From contig JANPJN010000032.1 in NCBI GenBank assembly GCA_031425515.1, forward strand, positions 1 to 50,724: 50,724 nt of DNA, read 5' to 3'. This DNA comes from Acidobacteriota bacterium (lineage in GTDB: Bacteria; Acidobacteriota; Vicinamibacteria; Vicinamibacterales; 2-12-FULL-66-21). Made by a program: the position numbers and the translations under genes. Below are positions 26,375 through 36,204 of this stretch, in pieces. The notes beneath the pieces are model-generated. The model did not search any database and was not told the DNA's origin. It worked only from the letters and a program-made list of their open reading frames with translations. Each line of letters starts with the position of its first letter. Position 1 is the first letter of the stretch.

Positions 26375-26380
26375 ATTATA
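26375..26380 (-). promoter_or_regulatory. consensus TATAAT -10 box 6 nt upstream of the envC-like ATG (leaderless-type)
   Basis: Plus strand attata (26375-26380) reads TATAAT on the minus strand. The ATG begins at 26368. No convincing -35 is present. Confidence 0.4.
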
Positions 26381-26410
26381 GCGACCGCCGGTTGGTGTAC
26401 GCTCGGGAAC

Positions 26411-26875
26411 GTGCGGGCCCTCGGAATCGACTACGGACGCCGGCGCATCGGTCTCGCGCTCTCCGATGCCACCGGCCTCCTCGCGCGTCCCTGGAAAACG
26501 CTTCACGCCACGGGCGCTCCCGCGCGCATCTCGGCGCTCCTCGCCGCGGAAATCACCGCGCTCGCCGCCGAGCCCGACGGCCTGGTCGCCGTTGCGGTCG
26601 GCTACCCCAGGCGCCTCAACGGCGACCCCACCGACCAGACCCCCATCGTCGAACAAATCGTCGATCGTCTCCGGGAGGCCGTCGCGCTGCCGGTCGTGCT
26701 GCAGGACGAGCGATTGAGCAGCCGCGAAGCGGAAAGCCTGCTCGCGCGCCGCGAGAAGGACTGGCGGAAGCGCAAGGTGCTGCTCGATGCGGCGGCGGCG
26801 GCCATCATCCTGCAGGACTATCTTGACGGGCAGGCACGCGTGCGCCACACCCCGTCCGAGGAGGACGACGCGTGA
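26411..26875 (+). CDS. ruvX: Holliday junction resolvase-like / pre-16S rRNA nuclease RuvX (YqgF)
   Basis: GTG 26411 (VRALGIDYGRRRIGLALSD...VGYPRRLNGD...DERLSSREAE). The rest of ORF 25403..26875 is antisense to the envC-like gene. Confidence 0.9.
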   Translation: MRALGIDYGRRRIGLALSDATGLLARPWKTLHATGAPARISALLAAEITALAAEPDGLVAVAVGYPRRLNGDPTDQTPIVEQIVDRLREAVALPVVLQDERLSSREAESLLARREKDWRKRKVLLDAAAAAIILQDYLDGQARVRHTPSEEDDA

Positions 26876-27888
26876 AGCAGGGGTTGCGATGGATCGGCGG
26901 GTTCATGGTCCTGGGTCTGGCGCTGGCGGCCGGATGGCTGGCGCTTGGGCTGTCCCGCCCCTACAAGGGCTACAGCGAGGCGGAGCGCTTCGTGGAGATT
27001 CCCCAGGGGGCCGGGCCCGCCTCGATCGGCAAGCGGCTGGCGGAGGCGGGAGTCGTACGCGACACGTTCCTCTTCCGAGTCGAGCTCCTCCGCAGCGGAT
27101 CGGGCCGCCGGCTGCAGGCCGGCGAGTATCGGTTCGACCAGCCCATGAGCGTGGCTGAGGTCGTCGCGAAGCTCGCCCGCGGCGACGTCTACCTGCTGCC
27201 GATTACGTTCCGGGAGGGGCTGACCATCCGGCAGATGAGCGAGCTCTTTGCCGCGAAGGGGCTGGGCACGGCGGCGGAGTTCGTGGCCGCGGCACGGAAG
27301 GGAAGTCTTGCCGCCGCCTTCGATCCGGCCGCGACCGATCTGGAGGGCTACCTGTTCCCGGACACGTATGCGATGCCGCGGCACGGCACGGCCGTCGAGC
27401 TCGTGGGCCGCATGGTGGCCGGCTTCGAAAAGACGCTGACGCCGGAGCTCCGTTCCCGCGCGGCAGCCCGCGGGCTCGACGTCCGCGCGCTCGTCACGCT
27501 GGCGTCGATCATCGAGAAGGAGACGGGGAAGGCGGAGGAGCGGCCGGTGGTCGCCGCCGTCTACGCGAACCGCCTGAAAATCGGTATGGGGCTGCAGTGC
27601 GATCCGACGGTCATCTACGCGCTCGAGCGGGCGGGGCGCTACACGGGCAATCTGACGCGGGAGGATCTGCGCTTCGACTCGCCCTACAACACGTATCGCT
27701 ACGCCGGCCTGCCTCCGGGCCCGATCGCGTCGCCCGGGCGCGCCTCGCTCGACGCGGCAACGGCGCCGGCCGATGCGCCGTACCTGTACTTCGTCAGCCG
27801 CAACGACGGCACCCACGCCTTTGCCTCGACGCTCGAGGAGCACAACCGAAACGTGTACGAGTTCCAGGTGCGCCGGACGAAGAACTGA
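26872..27888 (+). CDS. mltG: endolytic murein transglycosylase MltG (YceG family)
   Basis: The GTG start overlaps the ruvX TGA. N-terminal TM helix, ...LASIIEKETGKAEERPVVAAVYANRLKIGMGLQCDPTVIY...SPYNTYRYAGLPPGPI. Confidence 0.92.
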   Translation: MKQGLRWIGGFMVLGLALAAGWLALGLSRPYKGYSEAERFVEIPQGAGPASIGKRLAEAGVVRDTFLFRVELLRSGSGRRLQAGEYRFDQPMSVAEVVAKLARGDVYLLPITFREGLTIRQMSELFAAKGLGTAAEFVAAARKGSLAAAFDPAATDLEGYLFPDTYAMPRHGTAVELVGRMVAGFEKTLTPELRSRAAARGLDVRALVTLASIIEKETGKAEERPVVAAVYANRLKIGMGLQCDPTVIYALERAGRYTGNLTREDLRFDSPYNTYRYAGLPPGPIASPGRASLDAATAPADAPYLYFVSRNDGTHAFASTLEEHNRNVYEFQVRRTKN

Positions 27889-27897
27889 CTCCCTGGT

Positions 27898-28779
27898 CTA
27901 GCGCTCGCTCCATTTCAGCTTCTGCCTGAGCACGTCGAAATAGGTCCGGCTCGACGCGCGTACGAGACGCAGGCGGCGGTCGGCCCGGCTCACGCAGATG
28001 ATGTCGTCGGGCTGCAGCGCGTGCCCCGACTGACCGTCGAACGTGACAAACATCTCCTCATTCGATCCGTTGACGGCCGGCTGCACGCGGATCTCCGACG
28101 ATCCCGGCAGCACGATAGGGCGGTTGGTGAGCATGTGCGGCGCGATCGGCGTCAGCAGCAGCGCGTCCACCTCGGGGTGCAGGATCGGCCCGCCGGCGGC
28201 GAGGTTGTACGCGGTGGAGCCGGTGGGGCTCGCGACGATCAGCCCGTCGGCGCGGACACGCATCACCGGGCGGCTGCCGATCGCGACCGCGAGGTCGATC
28301 ATCCGCGACAGAGCGCCCTTGGTCACGACCACGTCGTTCAGCGCGAGCCGCTCGGCGTGCACGCGGCCGCCGCGCAGGGTGCGCGCGCGCAGCATCATCC
28401 GTTCCTCGATGAGCGCCGTCCCGTCGAGCACCGCCTCGAGCGACTGATACAGCTCCGCCAGCGTGATCTCGGTGAGGAAGCCGAGGCTTCCGAAGTTCAC
28501 CCCGACGATCGGCACGTCCACGCCGGCTTCGGCGATGCGTCCCGCCATGCCGATGAGCGATCCGTCGCCGCCCAGCACGACGATGAGGTCGCATTCGCGC
28601 GGCAGGTCGTCCCGCTTCACCGTCGGCCGGCCGGGAGGCAGGCCCGCGAGCGCCGCCGTTTCGGTTTCGAACACCGCGCGCACGCCGCGCGCCTCCAGCC
28701 ATCCGGCCAGATCCGCCAGGACACTTGCCGCCGCGTCGAGGCCCGTCTTGGCCACGAGGCCTATCCGTGTGATTGCCAT
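27898..28779 (-). CDS. nadK: NAD(+) kinase
   Basis: DLIVVLGGDGSLIG..., NFGSLGFLTE, ...TGSTAYNLAAGGPI. Confidence 0.93.
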   Translation of the reverse strand: MAITRIGLVAKTGLDAAASVLADLAGWLEARGVRAVFETETAALAGLPPGRPTVKRDDLPRECDLIVVLGGDGSLIGMAGRIAEAGVDVPIVGVNFGSLGFLTEITLAELYQSLEAVLDGTALIEERMMLRARTLRGGRVHAERLALNDVVVTKGALSRMIDLAVAIGSRPVMRVRADGLIVASPTGSTAYNLAAGGPILHPEVDALLLTPIAPHMLTNRPIVLPGSSEIRVQPAVNGSNEEMFVTFDGQSGHALQPDDIICVSRADRRLRLVRASSRTYFDVLRQKLKWSER

Positions 28780-29549
28780 CAGTCCATCCGCCCCGGGGTC
28801 ATGTCACCGCTTGCGAGATGCAGCAGGAACTCGTGATTGCCTTCCATCCCGGCAATGGGCGAGGCCGTCAGCCCGACGTGCCTCAATCCTAGCGCATCCG
28901 CCGCGGCGATCACGTCGGCCACGACCCGCGCGTGTACGACCGGATCGCGCACGACGCCTCCCTTGCCGACCTCCGTGCGCCCCGCTTCGAACTGCGGCTT
29001 CACGAGCGCGACGACGTCGGCGCCGGGGCGGAGCAGCGGCGGCACGACCGGCAGGATATGCCGGAGCGAGATGAACGAGACGTCGATCGTGACGATGTCG
29101 AAGGTCGTGACGGCGCCAGGCAGCAGGGCGGGCGTGAGCGTGCGGGCGTTGACGCGCTCGACGACCTCCACGCGGGGATCGCTGCGAATCTTCCAGTCGA
29201 GTTGTCCGTGGCCGACATCGAGGGCCACGACGCGCGCGGCGCCGCGCTGCAGCAGGACGTCCGTGAAGCCGCCGGTCGACGCACCGATGTCGAGGGCCAG
29301 GCGGCCGGCGACGGCGATCGCGAAGACATCGAGTGCGTGCGCGAGCTTGACCCCGCCACGTCCGACCCAGGGATGATCTGGTGTCGAGACGGTGACGTCG
29401 GCGTCGGCAGGCACCGCGGCGCCTGCCTTCGGCGCCGGTTGACCGTTGACGCGCACGTGGCCTGCGAGGATGAGCGCCCGGGCGCGTTCGCGCGACGCGG
29501 CGAGCCCGCGTTCGACGAGCAGCGAGTCGAGCCGCAGTCGGGCTTTCAA
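28779..29549 (-). CDS. tlyA: TlyA family rRNA (cytidine-2'-O)-methyltransferase
   Basis: ORF 28779..29945 trimmed to TTG 29549, which overlaps the ispA TGA as TTGA. S4 domain (RLDSLLVERGLAASRERARALI) and SAM motif LDIGASTGGFTDVLLQRGA. Confidence 0.88.
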   Translation of the reverse strand: MKARLRLDSLLVERGLAASRERARALILAGHVRVNGQPAPKAGAAVPADADVTVSTPDHPWVGRGGVKLAHALDVFAIAVAGRLALDIGASTGGFTDVLLQRGAARVVALDVGHGQLDWKIRSDPRVEVVERVNARTLTPALLPGAVTTFDIVTIDVSFISLRHILPVVPPLLRPGADVVALVKPQFEAGRTEVGKGGVVRDPVVHARVVADVIAAADALGLRHVGLTASPIAGMEGNHEFLLHLASGDMTPGRMD

Positions 29550-30514
29550 TGGGTGCGTGCGACTACCCACCGGGCGATCGCGGGCAACTGGCCGGCCAGC
29601 TGCGCCTCGTCCAGCGCCGCGACGGCGCGCGCCGCGCAGTCGCTCGCGAGGCGGCGGGACTCCTCGAGGCCATACAGCGCCGGGTAGGTCGGCTTGCCGG
29701 CCGCGGCATCCTTGCCCGGGGTCTTGCCGAGGTCCGCCTCCGCTCCCTCGACGTCGAGGATGTCGTCCACGATCTGGAAGGCGAGGCCCACCTGACCCGC
29801 GTAGCGGCCAATCGCCTCGAGGTGGGCCGGCGTGCCGCCGCCCATGACGGCGCCGGCGAGCGCCGCCGCGCTGATGAGCGCACCGGTCTTGCGCTGGTGC
29901 ATGTCGCGCAGCGACGGGGCATCGAGGGGCGCGGCGCCCGGGCACGCCGCCGCCAGGTCGAGCGCCTGCCCGCCAACCATGCCGCCCGCGCCTGCCGCCT
30001 CCGCGATGATGGCGAGCGCCTCGAGCTTGCGCCGACGCAGCTCGTGCTCGTCCAGTCCGGCGTCGGGCCGCGGCTCGCGCGCGAGCAGCGCGAAGGCCTC
30101 GGTCAGCAACGCATCGCCCGTGAGGATCGCCAGCCCTTCACCGAAGACCACGTGCGAAGTGGGACGCCCCCTGCGCATCGTGTCGTTGTCCATCGCGGGC
30201 AGGTCGTCATGGACGAGTGAGTAGGTATGAATGAGCTCGAGCGCGCACGCAGCCGGAAGGGCGAGTTGTCCGGCCGCCTGCGCGTCGCGACCGGCCCGAA
30301 CCGCCACGGCTTCGGCCGCCGCGAGCGTCAGGAGGGGTCGCAGCCGCTTGCCGCCAGCCAGGAGGCTGTACCGCATCGCCTCGGTCACGCCATCGGAGAA
30401 GCGGCGGTCCGGGCCCGCCACGGCCGGAACACAGGCGTCCAGTGCGGCATCGACCGTCCGCCGCCGCGACTCCAGCCAGGAGGCGAGCGCCGGGTCGGGA
30501 GCAGCCGGCGTCAC
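29546..30514 (-). CDS. ispA: polyprenyl (farnesyl/geranylgeranyl) diphosphate synthase
   Basis: [27 protein letters not shown] and [16 protein letters not shown]. The GTG start overlaps the xseB TGA. Confidence 0.92.
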   Translation of the reverse strand: MTPAAPDPALASWLESRRRTVDAALDACVPAVAGPDRRFSDGVTEAMRYSLLAGGKRLRPLLTLAAAEAVAVRAGRDAQAAGQLALPAACALELIHTYSLVHDDLPAMDNDTMRRGRPTSHVVFGEGLAILTGDALLTEAFALLAREPRPDAGLDEHELRRRKLEALAIIAEAAGAGGMVGGQALDLAAACPGAAPLDAPSLRDMHQRKTGALISAAALAGAVMGGGTPAHLEAIGRYAGQVGLAFQIVDDILDVEGAEADLGKTPGKDAAAGKPTYPALYGLEESRRLASDCAARAVAALDEAQLAGQLPAIARWVVARTH

Positions 30515-30768
30515 CGCAGCTTGTCTCCCTCGTCGGCCTCGCTCGTGAGGGAGGCCGGCGCCGGCCGGGTCTCGCCCCGGTCGGTGAGGATGTCCACGCG
30601 CCGTTCGGCTTCCTCGAGCTTCGCATGGCAGAAGCGCGACAACTGGACGCCGCGCTCGAAGAGCTCCAGCGAGGTCTCGAGGGGAAGATCGCCGTCCTCG
30701 AGCGTCTTCACGAGCCGTTCGAGCTCCGCGATGGCGGATTCGAAGTCGTTGATGGTCGGATCGCTCAC
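30511..30768 (-). CDS. xseB: exodeoxyribonuclease VII small subunit
   Basis: [50 protein letters not shown]. The start is uncertain, either GTG 30768 or ATG 30846, which would overlap xseA. Confidence 0.88.
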   Translation of the reverse strand: MSDPTINDFESAIAELERLVKTLEDGDLPLETSLELFERGVQLSRFCHAKLEEAERRVDILTDRGETRPAPASLTSEADEGDKLR

Positions 30769-30826
30769 CTTGTACCCGGATGCTTTCCCGCCCGGCGGCC
30801 CTGGGGGCCGGCGCGGCGTTGAGACG

Positions 30827-32218
30827 TCATTCCACGCGCCGCACATCGCACTCGATCTCTCCCTCGTGCAGTGAGACGCGGACGCGATCGCCGGGCGCGA
30901 CGGACGCGGCGCGGCGAATGATGGTGGACCGGCTCTCGTCCCAGCACACGGCGTAGCCGCGTGCGAGGACGGCGAGCGGGCTCAGATTGCCCAGCCGGCC
31001 CGCCATCGACGAGAGGCGGGACTCGGCCCGGTGCCGCCGGGCGGCAGCCGCCGTCGCGAGGCGGCCATCCGCGGCGTCGAGACGGCGCCGGACGTCGGAG
31101 AGCCGGCGCCGCAGATCCCGCGACTCCAGCCGCAGCCGCAGGGCGCGAAATCCCCGCCCCCGTCTCGCCAGGCCCATCGTCGCCACCTGGCGAAGCTGGT
31201 GCGAGAGCTCCGCCGCGTGACGGCCCCGCATCGCCAGCCGCGTCTGCCATCCCGCGAGGCCCCGCCGGCTGGTGAGCAGATGGACGCTCGCGCGCCGCTG
31301 CTGGAGGCCGGACCTGGCGGCGGCGTGCAGACGGTGCGACAGCCGACTGATGCGCGTGCAGAAGTCGTCCTTGGCCGAGACGACCAGTTCCGCCGCCGCG
31401 GACGGCGTCGGCGCGCGGAGATCGGCGACCAGGTCCGCCATCGTGACGTCGCTCTCGTGGCCGACGGCGGAGATCACGGGCACGGGCGAGGCCGCGATCG
31501 CCCGGGCGACCGCCTCCTGGTTGAACGCCTGGAGATCCTCGATCGATCCGCCGCCCCGGCCGACAATCACTACGTCCACGCCCGGCACCTTGACGATGGC
31601 GCGAAGCGCGCGCGCGATTTCCTCGTCGGCGCCGTCGCCCTGGACGCGCGTGGCGCGGATCAGCAGATGCGCGTTCGGATGGCGGCGCCTGAGCACGTGG
31701 ATGATGTCGCGAATCGCCGCGCCGTCGAGCGAGGTCACGATGCCGATGATGCGCGGCAGGGAGGGGAGCGGGCGCTTGCGCGCCTGATCGAAGAGGCCTT
31801 CGGCGTGCAGCCGCTTCTTCAACTGATCGAAGGCGAGCTGGAGCGCGCCGAGGCCGCGCGGCTCGAGCTGCTCGCAGACGATCTGGTATTCCCCTTTCGG
31901 GTCGTACACCCCCAGACGTCCCCTGGCGACGACATGGAGGCCGTCTTCCGGTTTGAACTTGAGGGCGCGCACGGCCGATCGGAACATGACGGCCTTGATC
32001 TGGGCGCCGCTGTCCTTGAGCGTGAAATAAAGGTGGCCCGTGTTCCAGAGCCGGCAGTTCGAGATTTCCCCTTCGACCCACAGGTCGCCGAACCCGATCT
32101 CGAGCGTCGCGCGGATGGCGGCCGTCAGCTCCGACACGGTGACGATCTGACGTCGCGCCGCCGCCGGAACCACGGGTCGCCGCTCGTCTCCGAACGGCAG
32201 CGAGTAGGGGTCCGTCAT
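30827..32218 (-). CDS. xseA: exodeoxyribonuclease VII large subunit
   Basis: [44 protein letters not shown]..., ...[18 protein letters not shown]... Confidence 0.95.
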   Translation of the reverse strand: MTDPYSLPFGDERRPVVPAAARRQIVTVSELTAAIRATLEIGFGDLWVEGEISNCRLWNTGHLYFTLKDSGAQIKAVMFRSAVRALKFKPEDGLHVVARGRLGVYDPKGEYQIVCEQLEPRGLGALQLAFDQLKKRLHAEGLFDQARKRPLPSLPRIIGIVTSLDGAAIRDIIHVLRRRHPNAHLLIRATRVQGDGADEEIARALRAIVKVPGVDVVIVGRGGGSIEDLQAFNQEAVARAIAASPVPVISAVGHESDVTMADLVADLRAPTPSAAAELVVSAKDDFCTRISRLSHRLHAAARSGLQQRRASVHLLTSRRGLAGWQTRLAMRGRHAAELSHQLRQVATMGLARRGRGFRALRLRLESRDLRRRLSDVRRRLDAADGRLATAAAARRHRAESRLSSMAGRLGNLSPLAVLARGYAVCWDESRSTIIRRAASVAPGDRVRVSLHEGEIECDVRRVE

Positions 32219-32220
32219 GA

Positions 32221-33042
32221 TCAGCGGGAGTTGGCGCTCGCCGGGGCGAGTGCGTCGACGTCCTGCGCGGACATGTTGATCCGCTCGATGGCGGTCGCCT
32301 TGCCGGTGGCGAGATCCGCCGTGACGATCACCGCATTCAGACGGCCGGGGCCCGTGGCGGCCTCGAAGCGTGACGGCATGCCGTTCAGGAACCGGCCGAG
32401 CGCGGTGTCAACCGTCACGCCGATGATCGAGTCGTGCGGCCCCGTCATGCCCGTGTCGGTGAGACAGGCGGTGCCTTTGGGGAGGATGCGTTCGTCGGCT
32501 GTCTGGACGTGGGTGTGCGTGCCGAAGACGGCTGTCACGCGCCCATCGAGGTGCCACGCCATCGCGACCTTCTCCGACGTGGCCTCGCCGTGGAAGTCCA
32601 CGATGATCACGCGGGCCTTCGCCCGGAGCTGCTCGATCTCGCGCAGCGCGACCGCGAACGGGTCGTCCAGGGGCGGCATGAAGATCCGCCCCATCAGGTT
32701 GATGACTCCCACCGGTTCCCCGCTGCGGGTGCGCCCCAGGTAGCTCCCGCGCCCCGGGACGCCGACGGGAAAGTTGGCCGGACGCAGCAGCTTCGGCTGC
32801 CGGGGGAAGTAGTCCAGAATCTCCTTCTTGTCCCAGACGTGATTGCCCGTCGTCATGACGTCCACGCCGTAACCGAGGATGGTGTCGGCGATGTCGCCGG
32901 TCACGCCAAAGCCGGCGGCCGAGTTCTCGACGTTGGCGATGACGAAGTCCAGCGCGCGCTGCTCGACGAGCGCGGGGATCGCGCGGCGGGCGATCTCGCG
33001 TCCAGGCTTGCCGAAGATGTCGCCGACAAACAGGATGCGCAC
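32221..33042 (-). CDS. YmdB-family metallophosphoesterase (TIGR00282; 2',3'-cyclic-nucleotide phosphodiesterase-like)
   Basis: GTG 33042 (VRILFVGDIFGKPGR...VIANVENSAAGFG...TGNHVWDKKE...DFHGEATSEK). Confidence 0.88.
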   Translation of the reverse strand: MRILFVGDIFGKPGREIARRAIPALVEQRALDFVIANVENSAAGFGVTGDIADTILGYGVDVMTTGNHVWDKKEILDYFPRQPKLLRPANFPVGVPGRGSYLGRTRSGEPVGVINLMGRIFMPPLDDPFAVALREIEQLRAKARVIIVDFHGEATSEKVAMAWHLDGRVTAVFGTHTHVQTADERILPKGTACLTDTGMTGPHDSIIGVTVDTALGRFLNGMPSRFEAATGPGRLNAVIVTADLATGKATAIERINMSAQDVDALAPASANSR

Positions 33043-33043
33043 G

Positions 33044-33550
33044 TCAGGCGCCTCGCACGGCAATGCGGAGCCGGCCGCCGCGGCGCTCCTCGATGCGGGG
33101 CAGCGTGACGCGCAGGACGCCGTCCCGCAGCCGGGCGTCGGCGCGGCCCGCGTCGAAGGCGCCCGTCAGTCGGACGCCGCGGACGAACCGACCAAAGGTG
33201 CGCTCGGCGAGGTGGAACGCGACGCCGGCATGCGTGCAGGCGCCCGGAGACTTGCGACCGCTGATGACGAGCGTGTGGCGGATCACCACGATGGACAGGT
33301 CGGCGAGTGCGAGCCCGGGAGCATCCATGACGACCTCGATTGCGGCGGCGGTTTCGAGGACGTCGAGCGGGAGCGTGCAGGTGACGCCCGGCGACTCGTC
33401 TCCGCCCGTGTCGTAGAGCTGGTCGAGGACCCGGCGGAGGTCGTCTTCGCCCGGCAGCAGATCCCGGCGGTCGAGAAGGGGGCGCGGCACGCTGCGTATT
33501 CTAGCAGCGCTGCGCGGCCTTTCCCGCCCCGTTGAGAAATCCCACGACAT
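33044..33550 (-). CDS. Hsp20/alpha-crystallin family small heat-shock protein
   Basis: ORF 33044..33892 trimmed to ATG 33550. LPLDVLETAAAIEVVMDAPGLALADLSIVVIRHTLVISGRK...ERTFGRFVRGVRLTGAFDAGRADARLRDGVLRVTLPR. Confidence 0.85.
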   Translation of the reverse strand: MSWDFSTGRERPRSAARIRSVPRPLLDRRDLLPGEDDLRRVLDQLYDTGGDESPGVTCTLPLDVLETAAAIEVVMDAPGLALADLSIVVIRHTLVISGRKSPGACTHAGVAFHLAERTFGRFVRGVRLTGAFDAGRADARLRDGVLRVTLPRIEERRGGRLRIAVRGA

Positions 33551-33580
33551 CAGGCCGCGCCTGGGATAATCTAAGGGGTC

Positions 33581-33853
33581 ATGGCCAATCACGATTCGCA
33601 CGAGGAGCCGGTGGACGCCCTCGGCATCACCCCGGCAGAGCCCATCACCAGCCGGTTTCTCTTTGTCGATGTCGCCGCCCAGCGCGCCAAGCAGCTGCGC
33701 CGGGGCGCCCTCCCGCGCCTCGAACGGGGCACGGTCACCTCCGGCCACCACAAGCTCGAGCGCGTGGCCATGGAAGAAGTCCGCAGGGGCGTCATCCACT
33801 ACACGCTCCCGACCAACTACGAAGGCGTCACCCGCAGCGGCAAGAAGGAATGA
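33581..33853 (+). CDS. rpoZ: DNA-directed RNA polymerase subunit omega
   Basis: SRFLFVDVAAQRAKQLRRGALPR. The SD AAGGGG lies upstream of the ATG. Confidence 0.85.
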   Translation: MANHDSHEEPVDALGITPAEPITSRFLFVDVAAQRAKQLRRGALPRLERGTVTSGHHKLERVAMEEVRRGVIHYTLPTNYEGVTRSGKKE

Positions 33854-33876
33854 CCGCCCTGGAGGGCTAGCCCGCG

Positions 33877-34134
33877 ATGATCCCCGGAGCACTTCGCACG
33901 CTCGAAGGGCTTCTCGTGAGCACCGGCGCCCTCCTCCTGCTTTTCGTGGGTTTCTGCCTGCTCTTCAACCTGCCCAAACTGCGGCCCAGCGGACGCCACT
34001 CGAAGGTGGTCCGCGGGCTGGACGAGCTCGTCGGCGTCCCCCAGCGCTATCTCCCGCCCGACGCCCCCTGGGGCGTGGTCGATCAGTTACGCACCCCGGA
34101 ACTTCTCGATTCCGCGCCGCGTAAGTCTGCTTAG
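33877..34134 (+). CDS. small hypothetical protein with one TM helix
   Basis: GGAGGG lies 12 nt upstream. Third-position GC is high. There is a single hydrophobic helix (LLVSTGALLLLFVGFCLLF). I recognise no family. Confidence 0.5.
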   Translation: MIPGALRTLEGLLVSTGALLLLFVGFCLLFNLPKLRPSGRHSKVVRGLDELVGVPQRYLPPDAPWGVVDQLRTPELLDSAPRKSA

Positions 34135-34166
34135 GTGCGCCTCATCCGGCGTGCCGGGAGCGAACG

Positions 34167-34496
34167 ATGATCGAAGTGATCGCACTCGGGGTCCTGGTGA
34201 TGGTCGCCATGTCAGTGGCCTGGGTCGCGCTGGCCGTTGTCAAAGTCGTCCTCTGGACGGTGCTCCTCCCGCTTCGGCTGCTGTTCAGCCTGCTCCTGGT
34301 CCCGCTCCTCCTCCTCAAGGTCGTGCTCGGAGGTGCCGTGCTCCTGGTGCTGGCGCCCGTCCTCGCGGTCCTGCTCCTCCTCGGCCTCTTCGCCGCGGCC
34401 GCGGCGCTGATCGTCCCGCTGCTTCCGGTCCTCGCGATTGGCTTTCTCATCTGGCTGGTCGTTCGGGCCACGCGTCGTCCCGTTCTCGCGTCCTAG
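34167..34496 (+). CDS. small, extremely hydrophobic Leu/Val-rich membrane protein
   Basis: GGGAG lies 7 nt upstream and codon bias is coding-like. Three or four TM segments. I recognise no family. Confidence 0.55.
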   Translation: MIEVIALGVLVMVAMSVAWVALAVVKVVLWTVLLPLRLLFSLLLVPLLLLKVVLGGAVLLVLAPVLAVLLLLGLFAAAAALIVPLLPVLAIGFLIWLVVRATRRPVLAS

Positions 34497-34559
34497 GGGC
34501 CCATTCGTTTCCGGCTCCGCGCGCATCGCGGATGACGGCGCCCCGGCCGCGGGGCTAAC

Positions 34560-35417
34560 ATGCGGCACATGCTGATGCGCCGAGCCTGTCTCCTGCTGAT
34601 CGCCGCCGCGGTCGGCCCGCTCCTCACCACGCCTGCGGCCGGGCTCGCGCAGGGGCCGTCCCGCCCCTATCGCATCCTCGTGACCAACGACGACGGGATT
34701 CGCGCGCCGGGTATTCTGGCGCTCGCGGCGGCGCTGCAGTCGCTCGGTGAGGTGACAGTGGTCGCGCCGTCGGAGAATCAGAGCGGCAAGGGGCATTCCA
34801 TCATCACGTCCGATCCAATCTTCGTGGACCAGGCCACGGTCCCCGGGGCCGTGCGCGCGTTTGCGGTGATGGGGCCTCCCGCGACGTGCGTGAAGGTCGC
34901 CGTGCGGGCACTCATGACCGACCGCCCCGACCTCGTCGTCTCGGGCATCAATCGCGGCTACAACCTCGGCATGGTGACGTATGTGTCGGGCACGGTGGGC
35001 GCGGCGCGCGAAGCGGCGTTGCTCGGCATCCCCGCCATCGCCGCCTCGCTGGCGGTTGAGCAGACGGATTACGCGCCGGCCGCACAGGTCGTGAGGCGGG
35101 TGGCCGAAATGGTGCGGGCCAGCGGGCTCGGGCCCGGCGTGCTCCTGAACGTGAATATCCCGGCAGGCGCGGCCGCCGACATCAGGGGGCTTCGACTCAC
35201 GCGCCAGAGCGCCTCGTCCGGACAGGAGCGCTTCGAGGAGCAGAAGTCTCCGGGCGGGCGCCGGCTGTTCTGGAACGTCTGGAAGGAGCCCACCGGCGAG
35301 CCCGAAGGGACGGACGTGTGGGCGACCGAGCAGGGCTACGCCGCCGTCACCCCGCTGCGGGTGGGGGAGTTCGACGAGGTGACGTTTCAGACGTTGACGG
35401 GGAAGCTGCCGCGGTGA
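34560..35417 (+). CDS. surE: 5'/3'-nucleotidase SurE with N-terminal signal-peptide-like extension
   Basis: YRILVTNDDGIRAPGILALAAAL...VVAPSENQSGKGHSIT...SGINRGYNLG. It is preceded by MRRACLLLIAAAVGPLLTTPAAGLAQG. Confidence 0.88.
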   Translation: MRHMLMRRACLLLIAAAVGPLLTTPAAGLAQGPSRPYRILVTNDDGIRAPGILALAAALQSLGEVTVVAPSENQSGKGHSIITSDPIFVDQATVPGAVRAFAVMGPPATCVKVAVRALMTDRPDLVVSGINRGYNLGMVTYVSGTVGAAREAALLGIPAIAASLAVEQTDYAPAAQVVRRVAEMVRASGLGPGVLLNVNIPAGAAADIRGLRLTRQSASSGQERFEEQKSPGGRRLFWNVWKEPTGEPEGTDVWATEQGYAAVTPLRVGEFDEVTFQTLTGKLPR

Positions 35418-36204
35418 ACACCACGATCCCCGCCGCTTCGGCAAAGCCGAGGCTGGCGGCCAGCCGGCGCGACGCCGTGTTGGACTCGAGCGCGCCCCAC
35501 ACGGGTGAGCACCCCCGGGCCCGCATGTGTCTGATGAGGGTGCGCGCGGCGCGCCGCCCGAGCCCCCGCTGCCGGTAGGCCGGGAGCGTCTCGATCGACA
35601 CGTCCCACAACGTCTCCGTCTGCCACACCGGATAGCAGAACGCGACCGGCCGGCCATCGGCCCACACCGCGGCCATCGGCACGGCCACGCGCGCGGCGAC
35701 GCCTCCGGCGGCCGGCAGTTGGCCCGGCACGAAGCGGGACACCGTGCGGCCATTCAGCGCATCCCGCAACTCGGCGCGCAGTGGAGTGGGTACGTGGTCA
35801 AAGGCCGGAGCCGTGTCCCGCCCGAAGATCCGCACGCCCGTGTCGGACGCGTCCTCTGTGGGCCCACCGTCCTGCTGCGTGTGGAGGAGCGCCCGGTGCC
35901 GCCGCCAGCCGGGGAGCGCCGCGGCGACGGCGTCGGCGTCCTCCATCTGGCACAGCACATTCACGTCTCCGGCGAGCGAGGCCACGACTCCGGCCACGAG
36001 CGTGGCGGACGGGCGTCCGACGACGGACGCCAGCGCGGCGTCGGGGACGACCGCGACGAAGTGGGAGAGATCGGGGCCTTCGGCGTGCACGACGGCACGG
36101 CCTGACAGCAGCATGCCGCGGGTGTCGATCCACCGCGGAAGATCCGGCACGCGCGTCAGCGCGCCGGCGAGGAGAGATCCGTCGTCGGACGCTCGCTGGA
36201 CCAT
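35347..36204 (-). CDS. GNAT family N-acetyltransferase
   Basis: ...[68 protein letters not shown]. The start is uncertain (36204, 36174 or 36114). The 3' end overlaps the convergent surE by about 70 nt. Confidence 0.7.
   Translation of the reverse strand: MVQRASDDGSLLAGALTRVPDLPRWIDTRGMLLSGRAVVHAEGPDLSHFVAVVPDAALASVVGRPSATLVAGVVASLAGDVNVLCQMEDADAVAAALPGWRRHRALLHTQQDGGPTEDASDTGVRIFGRDTAPAFDHVPTPLRAELRDALNGRTVSRFVPGQLPAAGGVAARVAVPMAAVWADGRPVAFCYPVWQTETLWDVSIETLPAYRQRGLGRRAARTLIRHMRARGCSPVWGALESNTASRRLAASLGFAEAAGIVVFTAAASPSTSETSPRRTPPPAAG

Noticed and set aside
33551-33580. Overlapping divergent -10 boxes (GATAAT on plus, TAGATT on minus) between hsp20 and rpoZ, and a search for CIRCE or HAIR heat-shock operators.
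   Set aside because: The hexamers exist, but a plus-strand start there would exclude the good AAGGGG SD of rpoZ, and no -35 elements fit. No CIRCE-like inverted repeat (TTAGCACTC-N9-GAGTGCTAA) is present.
35347-35417. The roughly 70-nt convergent overlap of the surE and GNAT 3' ends as a sign of frameshift or pseudogene.
   Set aside because: Both reading frames keep family-typical sequence up to near their stops, and I see no interrupted frame. The GNAT tail beyond ...GIVVFTAA is probably non-conserved, but I cannot show an error from sequence alone.
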